From: a virus
Length of the DNA: 64,000 bases
Reading direction: 5' to 3' (one strand)
Virus record (IMG/VR): IMGVR_UViG_3300045988_127881
Part shown: in pieces, positions 25,301-33,933 of the stretch
How positions within the stretch are numbered: the stretch's first letter is position 1
Layout of the letters: each line of letters opens with the position of its first letter
Program-made: the position numbers and the translations under genes
The notes under the pieces: generated by a model
Database searches by the model: none
What the model saw: the letters and a program-made list of their open reading frames with translations, nothing else
What the model was told of the DNA's origin: nothing

Positions 25301-26771
25301 ATGCCACCTTGTCTATCTGACGCATCTTGGCATTCAGCGCATCTACCGCACTGTTCAACTTGCTGAGTGTCGCAGGGTCGGCCTTTGTGCCATTTATCGA
25401 GTTCTGTCTTATCTCGGATTTGTACCGTCGCACTTCTGCTATCAGAGGCGTAAGCTCTTTGTAAGTAGTGCGTCTTGCCGCACTACCAATCGGGAAACTG
25501 CTGTTGACCTTGTGTCTGTAGCCAAAAGCCCTCGACAATAGCTCAGAACTATTTTGCAATGGCATACGCAACGCAGCTCTGTTTGCTTCCATACGCGCAG
25601 CCACACGCGCCTGCTTCGCGCTTTCCGCATTCAGAGCCTTTATCTGCGTAGTGGCCGACGAAGCTGCCTTGTTTATCTGATTATAAAGCAAAGGCGCACG
25701 CGTCCCCTTGTTCTCAACCATTTTGGCATTTTCAAGGGTATGAACGTAACGGCTGAGTGCCGACTGCGCGTTCTTCAACTCTGGCGTCAACTGGCCGCCC
25801 TTTGAGGTGTACGCACTTATCTTGGCCAAAGTTTCTTTTGCCTTGGCCAGTGCGTCTGCATTCTTAAAGGCATTCTTTATGTCAGCTTCTCTGTTCGAAT
25901 GTTGTATGGCTCTCTCTTTTTCCCATGCCTTATAGCGCAATGAACCTTTCTCTGGCAAATTCCTTACCGTCATCACACGGTAGGGGTTCATCAGCATTTG
26001 TCTAATGCCATCTATATATCTTTGCTGCCCGCTCATGCTGTTTAATGCAGCCACACGTTTGTCAAGCATTGCCTGCATATTGGCACGCTTGCGTCCCTTC
26101 ACGCTATTTACATAGCGTTGCATCTCCGCTATTTCTTTAGCCTCTTTGTTAAATGCAGCAAGATTTCGCCCCTTTTGCGGAGACAAAAGAATTTCTCTAT
26201 TGAGATTTTTATAGCTCGACGACCACCCGCTCCTTGTCACCACCTTTTCTTTCCAGCTTCCAGAAAGATAAGTTGAACTTGCACTGCTTTTCGCACTCGG
26301 TCTTGCGGCTTGTCTTGCAGGCTGCGCAGCTGGCTCGCTGCGCTGGCTTTTCTTGCCCGTGTCTTGCGTTGTCTTAACCTTGATGGTTTCTCCTACTGCC
26401 GACTGTACAGCCTTCTTGATGCCCGACGTGTCTACGGCCACCTTTGCCACATACGACCCCTTGTTTATGGCTGATTGTATGTCAGCGGCCAATGACGAAG
26501 CGTTGGCCTTTACTGCTGCGGTAAATTTACCCTTGCTAATAGCACTGTTTATATCGGCAACAATAGCTTTCGTGTCGGCCTTCACTGTCAACTTTAGCTC
26601 CGTTCCTTTCTTCGACGAAACAGCACTTAGTGCAGAGTTCAAGCCATTAACATCTATCTTGGGTGATATGGCTACATTCAGCTTCCGTATCTTGTCCTCA
26701 ATAGATTTTATTCCTGCTGAAGTGCTATCCTTTATCTGTACTTCATAAAAAAGATTTCCGAGATTTGCCAT
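19335..26771 (-). CDS. Tail tape measure protein (2478 aa)
   Basis: Uninterrupted giant ORF, helix- and coiled-coil-rich with central hydrophobic segments. Lies downstream of the chaperone pair. Confidence 0.9.
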   Translation of the reverse strand: MANLGNLFYEVQIKDSTSAGIKSIEDKIRKLNVAISPKIDVNGLNSALSAVSSKKGTELKLTVKADTKAIVADINSAISKGKFTAAVKANASSLAADIQSAINKGSYVAKVAVDTSGIKKAVQSAVGETIKVKTTQDTGKKSQRSEPAAQPARQAARPSAKSSASSTYLSGSWKEKVVTRSGWSSSYKNLNREILLSPQKGRNLAAFNKEAKEIAEMQRYVNSVKGRKRANMQAMLDKRVAALNSMSGQQRYIDGIRQMLMNPYRVMTVRNLPEKGSLRYKAWEKERAIQHSNREADIKNAFKNADALAKAKETLAKISAYTSKGGQLTPELKNAQSALSRYVHTLENAKMVENKGTRAPLLYNQINKAASSATTQIKALNAESAKQARVAARMEANRAALRMPLQNSSELLSRAFGYRHKVNSSFPIGSAARRTTYKELTPLIAEVRRYKSEIRQNSINGTKADPATLSKLNSAVDALNAKMRQIDKVASNIKLSKLNAGGYARDLRNIVSEMQNVGSRGGWLRDQLQNIFSIYGAKQFLDNLIQIGGEFEKQKIALGALFGSKLKADTMYSKIQNLAVQSPFTFGELTNFTKQLASFGFEYKDIYDTTKRLADLSAGIGVDMGRVILAYGQVFTAKFLKGPELRQFTEAGIPLVQELANKYTKERGQQISAGDVYNMVSEKQVRFEDVKEIIDKYTSEGGKFYKMQEKLSDSVAGKWSNLKDSIEIAYSELETSNKGVLKGAISLLTKAILNWKLYGNVIIGAVAAYGLLAAKGRVAAFMSQRAASTSAMINQQTMAVRAQTEAYNELVVAMNKKNVSQGFYRADGSWYSGMTHRERRAAGREARRLILKGQSAASLTPLYMGAPQYDPKTGERIISAKDKDWIKTYITHAEQWRTKMIALNKEFNQMSFSLAKCGVGMKMLWTKSKMALTGIWNTALMAGSAIKAMLVSMWPMLALTAAFSLWSNYKEDENMREDHAKDSMEGFKQAYKELKDFVDANPIEIAISSKNETQIADLVNAYTEQLRNSPINVDFALNHADSITDMAKRLKYLKKIAEEAAEAANKVKYNAASVSDAIDDETDDWGPDDQLHQNVKEYVKSLRDVEKESAKVSQDDMDKWFNEQDSYWAKLKQKNGPSQYKKDLAELRRELEYYKGIGDSKGFVQSIYDFNQKYPNTTHHPTREFELGGSMEDLSDAIHDSKQAYDVFAADMASASAVIMAQLNSDSSAVVTETLNNGQKITALTDAGHMQMVSYIQDYANLHKLGAEETQAMIAEMESRYRASSDATWQQQSTAMDALMDLMQEKTKKLFEGKDLSKGFSQSQKEAINRMIDELPQQFDGYKAKLRQMCNAASSELMIRIGIQFNMLNTPQTAVKSNAQETFDTAFPSGKGDSAKYFLLRPTDPAMSTDEMIKGWQANIERDTERLRYLKTVTAKNKRNDQLIKNIENNIEMNKEALRRVNPWALSETEAKLNKKDNQAAEKARRAREKRQREEEKQLREYEKKKQEEYNQLKRVKDVFEKLRDLYGDVGALNKIKDSGLFKKDFIPDAAKTREEFVAAYKKMLVKLKGSIKPKSDALKKLIDEIEREKFDISFQVDKDKLDEQVKTLEAALDRAGDAWSRFKTLQEGGFTKELAGRFAFGQDYGHYDHTNMADDMYERLGFVMSHNTPSGVEAWDDVLRMNTEEIKKAYGYNAEAYSPVLKLVEAYQKANKEIKSENDKLFTDLYKSSRDYAEKVNAVEKKKQKDVATIREQGRGYNELKAQYDETKTSLDYAKERLDFLKPETKEYKTQEKLIKKLETRFAKLNEKMGEKLPPDVVARLVGERNKQALEELGKLEWEEFQKGSDYMTFFQAVLSMSEQTMQSVYSTIRGYLDKAFQDGKMSAKDYYDNLQKLDEQKEKKENDTTKSRKFFLEGRKGAAQWSVDHYKAKYEKANVDYANSSEKRKDFEFRYGEQIGNDSSLSEQHKKLKDDEDTKKKEKKAAEKHLAAAMRFLKLINDTSDTFSKVAEEFSKLGSIADNLMEMSGGVYKGESSTFYKFAKGLQTVSAVGGNLTDAAGSFLSGDFLGGAASLTSAASAFFNLFGAITHERAERYAYESETSGSAAENFGKIVNKYGIYTSPQELAANYEKSHVGRYNDVSEMLKGISENDGKQMVEASRRYDMVFTFGGNGVPHMEKKYKDDGEELKKEGYDKAKNITALGAQYALLVQQRNKLLDAADTERNGKSGDKAKADDYQKQAEEITEQINEFKSNVLKEIYGIDFTSFANSLSSALVDAFKNGQDAAEVFANSVNDLLDTITKNVIAQAIIMPELEKLSKAVEAAYDLNDPDSINKVIDLIVDFRDNVGPRLVEDSKKVRDGVNERTDGALSSSGSSSSMSSSIKGLTEETGSLLASYINAIRADVSMSRDMLKQVVEVAFPQMNVLAEQQLKQLNAIVQQAKLIEANTRSNAEAAKNIQSALNSVLTLGNGGKAVRIKT

Positions 26772-27178
26772 TATTTATATTCGTTTAAGTCTAAATTTAC
26801 CTTGTTGCCTTTCTTTCCATACTTGTTCTTCCAACGCCTCATGGCATCGTTTACTTCGCCAGCTCGAGGCTTCTTCGCACCATCTTTCTTGTCTTTCTTG
26901 GTGTTGTATATTATTATCGGGCAGTCCGAAGTGAGCAATTCTATCTGAGCGAGTGTCATGCCATAGTAGTAGTTCCACATCGGCACGTTTATAAGCCCCC
27001 AAAAGAAACTCTTGCTCGCCACCAAGTCTGGGTGCTTCTCGCCTAAAGACCACGCTGCACCTGGTTCTGTTCGCGAAGGATACGTTCGGTCTCCTTCCTC
27101 GTCATCGCCATCATCGTGTCCTTTATCCCTATCATCAATGTGGTAAGCAGAAAGTAATTCTCTGCACCCAGTTTTTTT
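26771..27178 (-). CDS. Tail assembly chaperone -1 frameshift extension (GT-like) or independent 84-aa ORF
   Basis: The -1 frame is open from 27178 to the stop at 26771 (own translation). ATGA-type overlap with the TMP start. Confidence 0.45.
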   Translation of the reverse strand, partial: KKTGCRELLSAYHIDDRDKGHDDGDDEEGDRTYPSRTEPGAAWSLGEKHPDLVASKSFFWGLINVPMWNYYYGMTLAQIELLTSDCPIIIYNTKKDKKDGAKKPRAGEVNDAMRRWKNKYGKKGNKVNLDLNEYK

Positions 27179-27501
27179 TTACACATCATCATCAAGGGCG
27201 AATACTCTTCTTCTGTGTACTGCTTCACATAGTAGAACCATCGCCACACAAGCCAATACCACAACTTGATTGACCAATAACCGTTGAGCACTATTATCGC
27301 TGCGCACTTGGCACTCACCTTCGACTCACTACTCTCGTTCAGTAGTATGTCTGTCATGATGTCTCTCACGCACCCTCTTATCCAGCGCAACTTTATTTTC
27401 TTCTTTCTTAAATACACCACATCGGCCTTGTCGTGCATCACCGCTTTTTGCAGTGACTGCATCTCTTCGTCGGGCTGCTCTAATATCTTTTTCTTAGCCA
27501 T
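27043..27501 (-). CDS. Tail assembly chaperone (G-like), putative
   Basis: 152 aa. Position between the major tail gene and TMP. Contains the A9 slippery tract. Confidence 0.45.
   Translation of the reverse strand: MAKKKILEQPDEEMQSLQKAVMHDKADVVYLRKKKIKLRWIRGCVRDIMTDILLNESSESKVSAKCAAIIVLNGYWSIKLWYWLVWRWFYYVKQYTEEEYSPLMMMCKKKLGAENYFLLTTLMIGIKDTMMAMTRKETERILREQNQVQRGL
27172..27180 (-). promoter_or_regulatory. Slippery A9 tract (candidate -1 programmed frameshift site)
   Basis: Minus strand reads TGT AAA AAA AAA CTG. The -1 frame opens immediately after a TAA at 27181..27179. Confidence 0.5.
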
Positions 27502-27627
27502 ATCGTCAAATAAAAAATTAGCCCAAACAGGGAGACTTGCGCCGCCCCATTCGGGCTAAGATTTACAACTTAGTTTGTCGCGTTTTAGTGCCTTCCGTTT
27601 CTTTCTTTTCGTCAGACGTTCCTTCAA

Positions 27628-28212
27628 CTACTTTTTTTTTAACAACAGAATTTCGTAACCCTCCGAACTTGGACGAGGTGTCACAACCACCTTGAAGTAA
27701 GCAGGGTTGTCACCATCTGAAGCGTTAAAACTTGACACAATGTGAGCATAGGGCAACACAATGATAGTCGACTTGTCCTCTGACTTGAATATGAGAGAAC
27801 CAAGCACAACTTTCGGGTCGAGGTCGTATGCGTCACCCTCATAAACAACCGTTGCATCTTCGGTCTTTTCGGAGAGTACACCTTCTCCAGATGTTATTGC
27901 ATCTGAGTTTTGCTTGTTCAGAAGCAGGTCGTTAACTGCGCCGTCAATACTTGCCACATTAAACGAAATGTCTGAGTCACCTCTCTTTGTCTTCTGCGAC
28001 CAAATCTTACCGTTAATGAGCTTGATTTGGGTCACGTCAGGTTCGCCAGTGTTGAATCCTACGCTATTCTCAATAATTGGCAACTCAAGGTCTACCGTAA
28101 GCGCGGTTTTTAGGTCTGCTGCTTTCAACTCGCCAGCCTTGAAGAAAACTTGATTTACGCTCGAGAATATCGTACCAAGATTGTCAATATTCTTTGTTAC
28201 TGTTAAAGCCAT
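27628..28212 (-). CDS. Major tail protein, putative (194 aa)
   Basis: ATG at 28212 (MALTVTKNIDNLGTIF...) within track ORF 27628..28293. Assigned by position. Confidence 0.5.
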   Translation of the reverse strand: MALTVTKNIDNLGTIFSSVNQVFFKAGELKAADLKTALTVDLELPIIENSVGFNTGEPDVTQIKLINGKIWSQKTKRGDSDISFNVASIDGAVNDLLLNKQNSDAITSGEGVLSEKTEDATVVYEGDAYDLDPKVVLGSLIFKSEDKSTIIVLPYAHIVSSFNASDGDNPAYFKVVVTPRPSSEGYEILLLKKK

Positions 28213-28231
28213 AATATTTATTATTAAAAGT

Positions 28232-28768
28232 TTATACTCTGATTCTTTTCCAAACAATCTTGTTAAGCATCGAGGGGGTCTTGTTGTACGCATTGGTTAA
28301 CACGCTCGCATCACCACCTTCCAAAAACATGTAATACTCCACACCAATAGTCATTACCATCGACAAGCCTTTGCTGATGGCCTTGAACGACTTCAAAAAG
28401 GTCAGGGCTGTCTTGGTCGCATATTCATTTGTCGCGTCCACCTTGCCTTTCACCGCACGCGGACGGCCCTCAAAAGGACGCTTCAAATATACACGCTTGC
28501 CTAAACGTATCTTCTTGCCTAAAGCCTTGCGACCTGCCACCATCTCGCCATTGGCATACTCTTGCAGCACACCATTGTTGTAAATGCCTATCGTAAACGA
28601 GGTTTGAGCATTACCTGTGAAACCTGTCCATTCCTTCCGCTCAATAGCATACGAAATCAATAATATGCCGCAATTATAAAGGCATCTTATCATCGACTGA
28701 AAGAGCTTGTCATGCGCACGCTTCATTCCGTCTCTGAACACTGACAGATTATCTGATTGGCAACTCAT
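28232..28768 (-). CDS. Tail completion / head-tail joining protein, putative
   Basis: ORF track, 178 aa. Assigned by synteny. Confidence 0.35.
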   Translation of the reverse strand: MSCQSDNLSVFRDGMKRAHDKLFQSMIRCLYNCGILLISYAIERKEWTGFTGNAQTSFTIGIYNNGVLQEYANGEMVAGRKALGKKIRLGKRVYLKRPFEGRPRAVKGKVDATNEYATKTALTFLKSFKAISKGLSMVMTIGVEYYMFLEGGDASVLTNAYNKTPSMLNKIVWKRIRV

Positions 28769-28775
28769 GCTTCTT

Positions 28776-29102
28776 CTAATTCTTCGGAAGACAGAAGTAT
28801 ACAGTAGTACCCAAGTTCGTAGGGTATGAGTCCGTGGCTATCGCACCGCTAATAGTGCCGACAAGGTCTTCCACGTCTATCAATACACCTGTCGATATGC
28901 CTCTTATCTGCCCTGGTATCGAAAGCGCATAGTCTGCACGCTGCACACCATCGTTCCCTGTAAAGGTTCTGATTGATGTGTTGCCGTATTTCCTGCAAGG
29001 GCCTTCGTAGATTATCTCTTGCTCGCCCTTGCTGAAATTCGACACGCCACGCATTCTGTACACCTTGCAGGTGTGAGGCCACCTCGGATTTTCTACTGCC
29101 AT
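28776..29102 (-). CDS. Head-tail joining (head closure) protein, putative
   Basis: ATG at 29102 (MAVENPRWPHTCKVYRM...). Assigned by synteny. Confidence 0.35.
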   Translation of the reverse strand: MAVENPRWPHTCKVYRMRGVSNFSKGEQEIIYEGPCRKYGNTSIRTFTGNDGVQRADYALSIPGQIRGISTGVLIDVEDLVGTISGAIATDSYPTNLGTTVYFCLPKN

Positions 29103-29506
29103 AATCTGTCTGTTGTGTTTATCACCATGTGAGCTTGTACTACCCACACCGTAAAGCCGTTTCCATCATCTCCCTTAAACAAAAGCCTCGGACTCGTTAT
29201 CGAATATCTTTCTTCTACTATCGGGAATAGGCCCAAAAGGTTGTCCAGCATCTCTTGCAACTCGTCGGTCGCCGATATGCCGCCCTCTCTGTTCCTTACA
29301 ATCAGGTCAAACCTTACTTCTGTGTTCTGATAAGCCCCCTGGTTCTGTATTTCCGCAGGAAGGCTTACTACTGATATACTGTCTTTCTGCTCGCCTATAC
29401 CGATAGGGCGATGCTCTGCGTAGGTGCAAGCTCCAACTTTCGCTTCGCTCAATTTTACGCACAACATCTCTAATATATCCTTTATGTAATACCTTACCTG
29501 CTTCAT
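29093..29506 (-). CDS. Head-tail adaptor, putative
   Basis: ATG at 29506 (MKQVRYYIKDILE...). Assigned by synteny. Confidence 0.35.
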   Translation of the reverse strand: MKQVRYYIKDILEMLCVKLSEAKVGACTYAEHRPIGIGEQKDSISVVSLPAEIQNQGAYQNTEVRFDLIVRNREGGISATDELQEMLDNLLGLFPIVEERYSITSPRLLFKGDDGNGFTVWVVQAHMVINTTDRLWQ

Positions 29507-29520
29507 ACATTTCTTATTCT

Positions 29521-29880
29521 CTATCTGCGTGCAATGCCCCAACTCTTGACCACCACCTTGCTTGATGTCGTGTTCTCGCCATACAACTTGTATATGTCAT
29601 TGGCCATCTGGCGGAGATTACGCTTGTCAAAAGCCGAACTCTGAGTGCCGCCTTCCTTGTGCTTCCACACACCGTCTGCGTCCTCAACTGAACCTTGCAC
29701 ACTCGGAGTCGAAGCACACCACATGTACAGGTCTGCCCTACACAAATCCTTTGTGCGCTTGTCAAGCGTCGAAACATCTGTTTCGGGTGCTACTTCGCGG
29801 TCTATCAATATGCTCGTTATGGCATTATCCTTAACCTCAAAGCCTACCACGCCATGTAAGTATTCTTCTATCGTCGTCAT
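29521..29880 (-). CDS. Head-tail connector (gp6-like), putative
   Basis: ORF track, 119 aa, directly after the capsid gene. Confidence 0.4.
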   Translation of the reverse strand: MTTIEEYLHGVVGFEVKDNAITSILIDREVAPETDVSTLDKRTKDLCRADLYMWCASTPSVQGSVEDADGVWKHKEGGTQSSAFDKRNLRQMANDIYKLYGENTTSSKVVVKSWGIARR

Positions 29881-29882
29881 AA

Positions 29883-31058
29883 CTATGCTGTCACTGTGTA
29901 AATTTGCATATAGCGCGGCATCTGTGGCACAAGCAAAATAGATGTTTCGCTCTGCACGTACATTGTCTTGGTCGCAGAGTTGTATCTTTGGGTGAGCAAT
30001 GTGCGGTTGCCGTCAAACCATGCCACGCGCTCGGCAGGGTCGTCCATTGTCAACTGCTGTACCGACTTGATTGTACCAATCTGTCCGTCGGGAACGAACG
30101 ACACATTGCAGGGGGCAAAGTTCTCAATCGACACGGGCTTCAACGACTTGCTGTCTGCGTCATACTTGTCAACGGCAGCCACACTGTCACGGGTCACAAT
30201 CTTGCAGCCAATGATGCGCTCAATCTGCGACTTCAGCACGTCATCTGTCAGGTTCTTTGCAGCTACAATGGCACTCTCGTCTGTCACCATGGGGTTCAAG
30301 GCCAAACCAATGCGCTTCAAAACCTTTGAGTGTGTCAGCAAGTCGTCGAACAAGTCTTGCGACATCTCAAAGTGACCTGCTGGATAACCATTCTTGCGCA
30401 TCATCTTGACCTTGTTCTTCAAATACTGCAATGGGTCTGACGCAGCACCCTCATTTGCCTGCACATGCTCGCTCTTTGTCCACCAACGCTCGGTGGTCTT
30501 CAGCTCGTCCATGTTCTCGGCTGGAATGCCAAAGTCAAAGGTCAAACCTGTCAAACCTTGGGGGTTGTTCTCTGCGTCAATGGTGAACTTGCCAGTCGAG
30601 CAAATGCGCATACGCTGGTGGGTGCGCGCATTCACATTGGCTTGGAGCAACTGGTCTGTACTCTCAAACATCAAGTTCAGAATGGCGTCGCGCGACTCGC
30701 CTGTCAAAGCGGCTTGGCCAAATTTCTTCACAGCAAGCATGCGCTCACGCAATATCTTGCGGTTCATCGCATAACGCGCTTTCTGAGTCGGAATTTTATT
30801 TGACCCAATAACGAAACCGCCAAGACTGCGGTCATAAGCATCACTCTCCGAGTCTACATAGGTAGGCAGCGTGGTAATGCCCAAATTAACTTCAAGCTGC
30901 TCGTAGGTGTAGTCCAACTGCACCTCGGGGTCCCATGCAAAGCCGTCGGTCTGCTCCTTGTTGTACTTGGTCTTGAACTTGTCAACAAACTGCTGAAAAG
31001 TCACGTCGCCAAGGCCAAAGGCAAGCAACTCGTAATAATTACCTGGTCTTGTATTCAT
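29883..31058 (-). CDS. Major capsid protein (lambda gpE-like by order and size)
   Basis: 391 aa. Gene order is scaffold, decoration, capsid. Confidence 0.7.
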   Translation of the reverse strand: MNTRPGNYYELLAFGLGDVTFQQFVDKFKTKYNKEQTDGFAWDPEVQLDYTYEQLEVNLGITTLPTYVDSESDAYDRSLGGFVIGSNKIPTQKARYAMNRKILRERMLAVKKFGQAALTGESRDAILNLMFESTDQLLQANVNARTHQRMRICSTGKFTIDAENNPQGLTGLTFDFGIPAENMDELKTTERWWTKSEHVQANEGAASDPLQYLKNKVKMMRKNGYPAGHFEMSQDLFDDLLTHSKVLKRIGLALNPMVTDESAIVAAKNLTDDVLKSQIERIIGCKIVTRDSVAAVDKYDADSKSLKPVSIENFAPCNVSFVPDGQIGTIKSVQQLTMDDPAERVAWFDGNRTLLTQRYNSATKTMYVQSETSILLVPQMPRYMQIYTVTA

Positions 31059-31076
31059 AAGATTATCCTGTTTTTG

Positions 31077-31490
31077 TTATTTTTCTTTGATAGCATGTAT
31101 CTCGGAAAGTACGGCCCACACCTCCGAAGGAACTTCTTCGGCAAGGCGGTCTGCATAAATCTTGCCACCATATACAACGGTGGCAGTTGCATAGGTCGTA
31201 CCCTTTTCTACCCAAATGTCGTTTTCAAGCAAACCATTGATGGTCTTTGGCTCTACCGTGCCACCTGTGTTTGTGGCAGTCTTTACATCTGTCGCCTTTA
31301 CAATCTTTGCCTGATGCTTCGCATGGTCAAACACAACCATCGAACCTGCTGGAATAACGTCATTCTCATCAAAATCCGACAGGTTGGTCACGCTACCACC
31401 ACCAGGCCATTTGCCTGTCACTTCGTACCATACATTCTTGCCGCTACCAAACTCTTTCTTGGACGAGCCGAAAGTATTAAAGCTACTCAT
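31077..31490 (-). CDS. Head decoration protein (gpD-like), putative
   Basis: ATG at 31490 (MSSFNTFGSSKKEF...), 137 aa, between the scaffold and capsid genes. Confidence 0.45.
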   Translation of the reverse strand: MSSFNTFGSSKKEFGSGKNVWYEVTGKWPGGGSVTNLSDFDENDVIPAGSMVVFDHAKHQAKIVKATDVKTATNTGGTVEPKTINGLLENDIWVEKGTTYATATVVYGGKIYADRLAEEVPSEVWAVLSEIHAIKEK

Positions 31491-31512
31491 AGTGTTAAAT
31501 AATATTAAGTTA

Positions 31513-32175
31513 CTACTCTGCTTTCGGGAATTTTCCCTCTGCTGCTTTTCTGTCAAAGAATGCGTCAAGGGCCTTGCTGCCAGTGTCGTTGCCATCAGTG
31601 CCATTGCCTGAATTGCCGCGCGGCGTAGCTCCGTCACCAAAGCATGACTTGTAATTCGCATCATAAGCCTTTAGGCTTTCTTCAACAGCATCTTCTACGG
31701 ACTTCGCTGTGTCAAATTCTTTCTGACCAAGGGTCTGTTTCAAGATGTATTCGTTCTCTGCACCTTTTGAACGCATCTCGGACATAAGCCTTGCCTTGTA
31801 ATCTTTCTGGCCTTGCTTCTTGTCTGCCTCGTCAAGCCTTGCTTTCAACGCAGCATTGTCTTCGCGGATTTGCTTCATAAGCTCCAATATTTCATTGGTG
31901 TCACCTTCACCGCCATCTTTCTTTAGCTTATTAACAACTTTCTTCAGGTTATTACCCTCTTTCCATTTCTCAATGCCGCTTGATATTTCATGGCTTAACT
32001 GCCCCTCCATCGTTTTCAATATCGAGGCATGGGCTTCCAAAAACGCGTCATCTACTTGTGAGTCGTCACCCACTAATTTCAACGTGTTCTCTGCATAAGC
32101 ACTTAGCGTTCGCTCACTAAGGCTGGTTTTTCCAACTTTAGCAATTAGCTTTTCCAAAAGTTCTTCTTTTGTCAT
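31513..32175 (-). CDS. Scaffolding protein, putative
   Basis: 220 aa, charged and helical, first gene of the head operon. Confidence 0.5.
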   Translation of the reverse strand: MTKEELLEKLIAKVGKTSLSERTLSAYAENTLKLVGDDSQVDDAFLEAHASILKTMEGQLSHEISSGIEKWKEGNNLKKVVNKLKKDGGEGDTNEILELMKQIREDNAALKARLDEADKKQGQKDYKARLMSEMRSKGAENEYILKQTLGQKEFDTAKSVEDAVEESLKAYDANYKSCFGDGATPRGNSGNGTDGNDTGSKALDAFFDRKAAEGKFPKAE

Positions 32176-32209
32176 ATCGGTCTATTTAGAACGTGTATTT
32201 TGTCTTTTG

Positions 32210-32217
32210 CAAATGTA
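32210..32217 (-). promoter_or_regulatory. -7 box TACATTTG for the head/tail operon
   Basis: Plus strand reads CAAATGTA, 35 nt upstream of the ATG at 32175. Confidence 0.45.
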
Positions 32218-32255
32218 TAAATATCCATCGATATGCGCAATAATTTGCATAAATA

Positions 32256-32287
32256 TTTGATACAACGTTTGATTTTGGCTATTTTTG
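32256..32287 (+). promoter_or_regulatory. Bacteroidota-type promoter for the terL operon
   Basis: -33 TTTG at 32256..32259 and -7 TATTTTTG at 32280..32287, 20 nt apart. Confidence 0.55.
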
Positions 32288-32304
32288 CGCATATATTTAT
32301 ATAT

Positions 32305-33933
32305 ATGCAAGAGTTAGAAGATTTCAAAACTGTACAAGGCAACAATATTTACTCTTATGAGTTTATTCAACAAATGAGAGCAAAGGAGGCTGACAGCACT
32401 TCAAGCAAAAACGTATTTGCACAAGCTGGCTGCCAAGAAAAATTCCTCGCAACTCACGCCGATTTAACCATTTTTGGCGGTTCTCGCGGCGGTGGAAAAA
32501 GCTTCGCCTTGTTGATTGAAACACTGAAAGATGTCTACAACCCTTACTTTAATGCGGTTATTCTGCGTGAGGAGAAGCCCGATTTGGAAAACCTTATTGA
32601 CGAGTCTAACAAGATTTTCGAGCAATATGGTAAATACAACCGCTCTAAAGATGATATGACGTGGAATTTCCATGCTGGCGGCAAACTGCACTTTGGCATC
32701 TACTCACAGGCTTTCTCCGACTTCCAGAAAAAATACCAAGGCAAGCAGTACGCATACATTGGGATTGACGAGATTACGCACATGCCGTACAAAAAGTTCA
32801 AATATCTCATGACGGACAACCGAAACGCACACGGCATAAGGAACAGGGTATATGGCACGTGTAACCCCGACCCCGACTCTTGGGTGAGAAAATTCATCGA
32901 TTGGTGGATTGGCGACGACGGTTTCCCAATTCCCGAACGCGACGGGGTTATCAGATATTGCTTCATGGAGGGGAACACGCCTAACTCTATTATATGGGGC
33001 GACACACCCGACGAGGTCTATCTGCAATGTAAAAGGACCATTGACGGACTATGGAAACCTGCATACGCAAAATTGGGGTTTGACAAACTGACCATGTTCA
33101 TCAAGTCGGTCTGCTTCATCTATGGCAAACTCGAAGAGAACATCAAATTGCTGTCGTCTGACCCTAACTATATCGCAAACCTTGCACAACAGGACGAGGA
33201 ACAGCGTGGGCGTGACCTGAGTGGCAACTGGGACATTCGTGCTGGTGGCGATGACATCATCTCACGCACTTGCATGGAAAGGTTTTACAGCCTGCCACAA
33301 AACATCGAGGACCAGGGGCGCAAAAGGGTGTCATGCGACGTGGCTTTTACAGGTGGCGACTCGCTCGTCATGTGGCTTTGGAACGGTTGGCATATTGAAG
33401 ATGTCTTCGTGTGCAGAAACGATGCCAAAATGGCGGTGGACCTCGTCAAGGCTAAACTGAAGGAATGGGGCGTAATGGAGGAGAACATGACGTATGACTT
33501 GAACGGACTCGGGCAGGTGTTCAAGGGCTTCTTCCCGAGCGCAGTGCCTTTCAACAACATGGCCGCACCACTTCCGAGATGTAGCGAAGAGAGGACTGTG
33601 ATAAAGTCGCTCTTCGGTAATCTTAAATCGGAGTGCGCATATATGTTTGCGGCAAAACTGAAAGCGGACGAACTCTCTATCAACCCCAACTTGCTTGACA
33701 GAAAATATAATGGCGACGGATTTGAGAAAATGCCACTGAAACAAATCTTGTTGAGGGAAAGAAAGGCCATCAGACAAGATGCCGACTCTTCTGACAGAAG
33801 CTTCACACTGATAAATAAAAAGCGAATGAAAACGTATGTGGGACATTCTCCCGACTACATTGAAGCTATGTTTATGGTAATGATATTCGAACTCGTTAAA
33901 CGTAAAATACGCAAAAACCTATGGATTCTATAA
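32305..33933 (+). CDS. terL: Terminase large subunit
   Basis: Walker A GGSRGGGKS. The ATG at 32305 lies downstream of the promoter, whereas the track start 32233 lies upstream of it. Confidence 0.85.
   Translation: MQELEDFKTVQGNNIYSYEFIQQMRAKEADSTSSKNVFAQAGCQEKFLATHADLTIFGGSRGGGKSFALLIETLKDVYNPYFNAVILREEKPDLENLIDESNKIFEQYGKYNRSKDDMTWNFHAGGKLHFGIYSQAFSDFQKKYQGKQYAYIGIDEITHMPYKKFKYLMTDNRNAHGIRNRVYGTCNPDPDSWVRKFIDWWIGDDGFPIPERDGVIRYCFMEGNTPNSIIWGDTPDEVYLQCKRTIDGLWKPAYAKLGFDKLTMFIKSVCFIYGKLEENIKLLSSDPNYIANLAQQDEEQRGRDLSGNWDIRAGGDDIISRTCMERFYSLPQNIEDQGRKRVSCDVAFTGGDSLVMWLWNGWHIEDVFVCRNDAKMAVDLVKAKLKEWGVMEENMTYDLNGLGQVFKGFFPSAVPFNNMAAPLPRCSEERTVIKSLFGNLKSECAYMFAAKLKADELSINPNLLDRKYNGDGFEKMPLKQILLRERKAIRQDADSSDRSFTLINKKRMKTYVGHSPDYIEAMFMVMIFELVKRKIRKNLWIL

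Noticed and set aside
19398-26748. About 40 plus-strand and out-of-frame ORFs (60-205 aa) overlapping the tape measure gene.
   Set aside because: They are antisense to or out of frame with an uninterrupted 2478-aa ORF. Their sequences are low-complexity and rich in Cys, Ser and Leu. They are shadows of the real gene.
26775-27053. 92-aa ORF (GTG start) between the chaperone gene and TMP.
   Set aside because: The translation is Arg/Glu-rich and implausible. The other frame (26771..27178) is protein-like and matches the -1 frameshift geometry.
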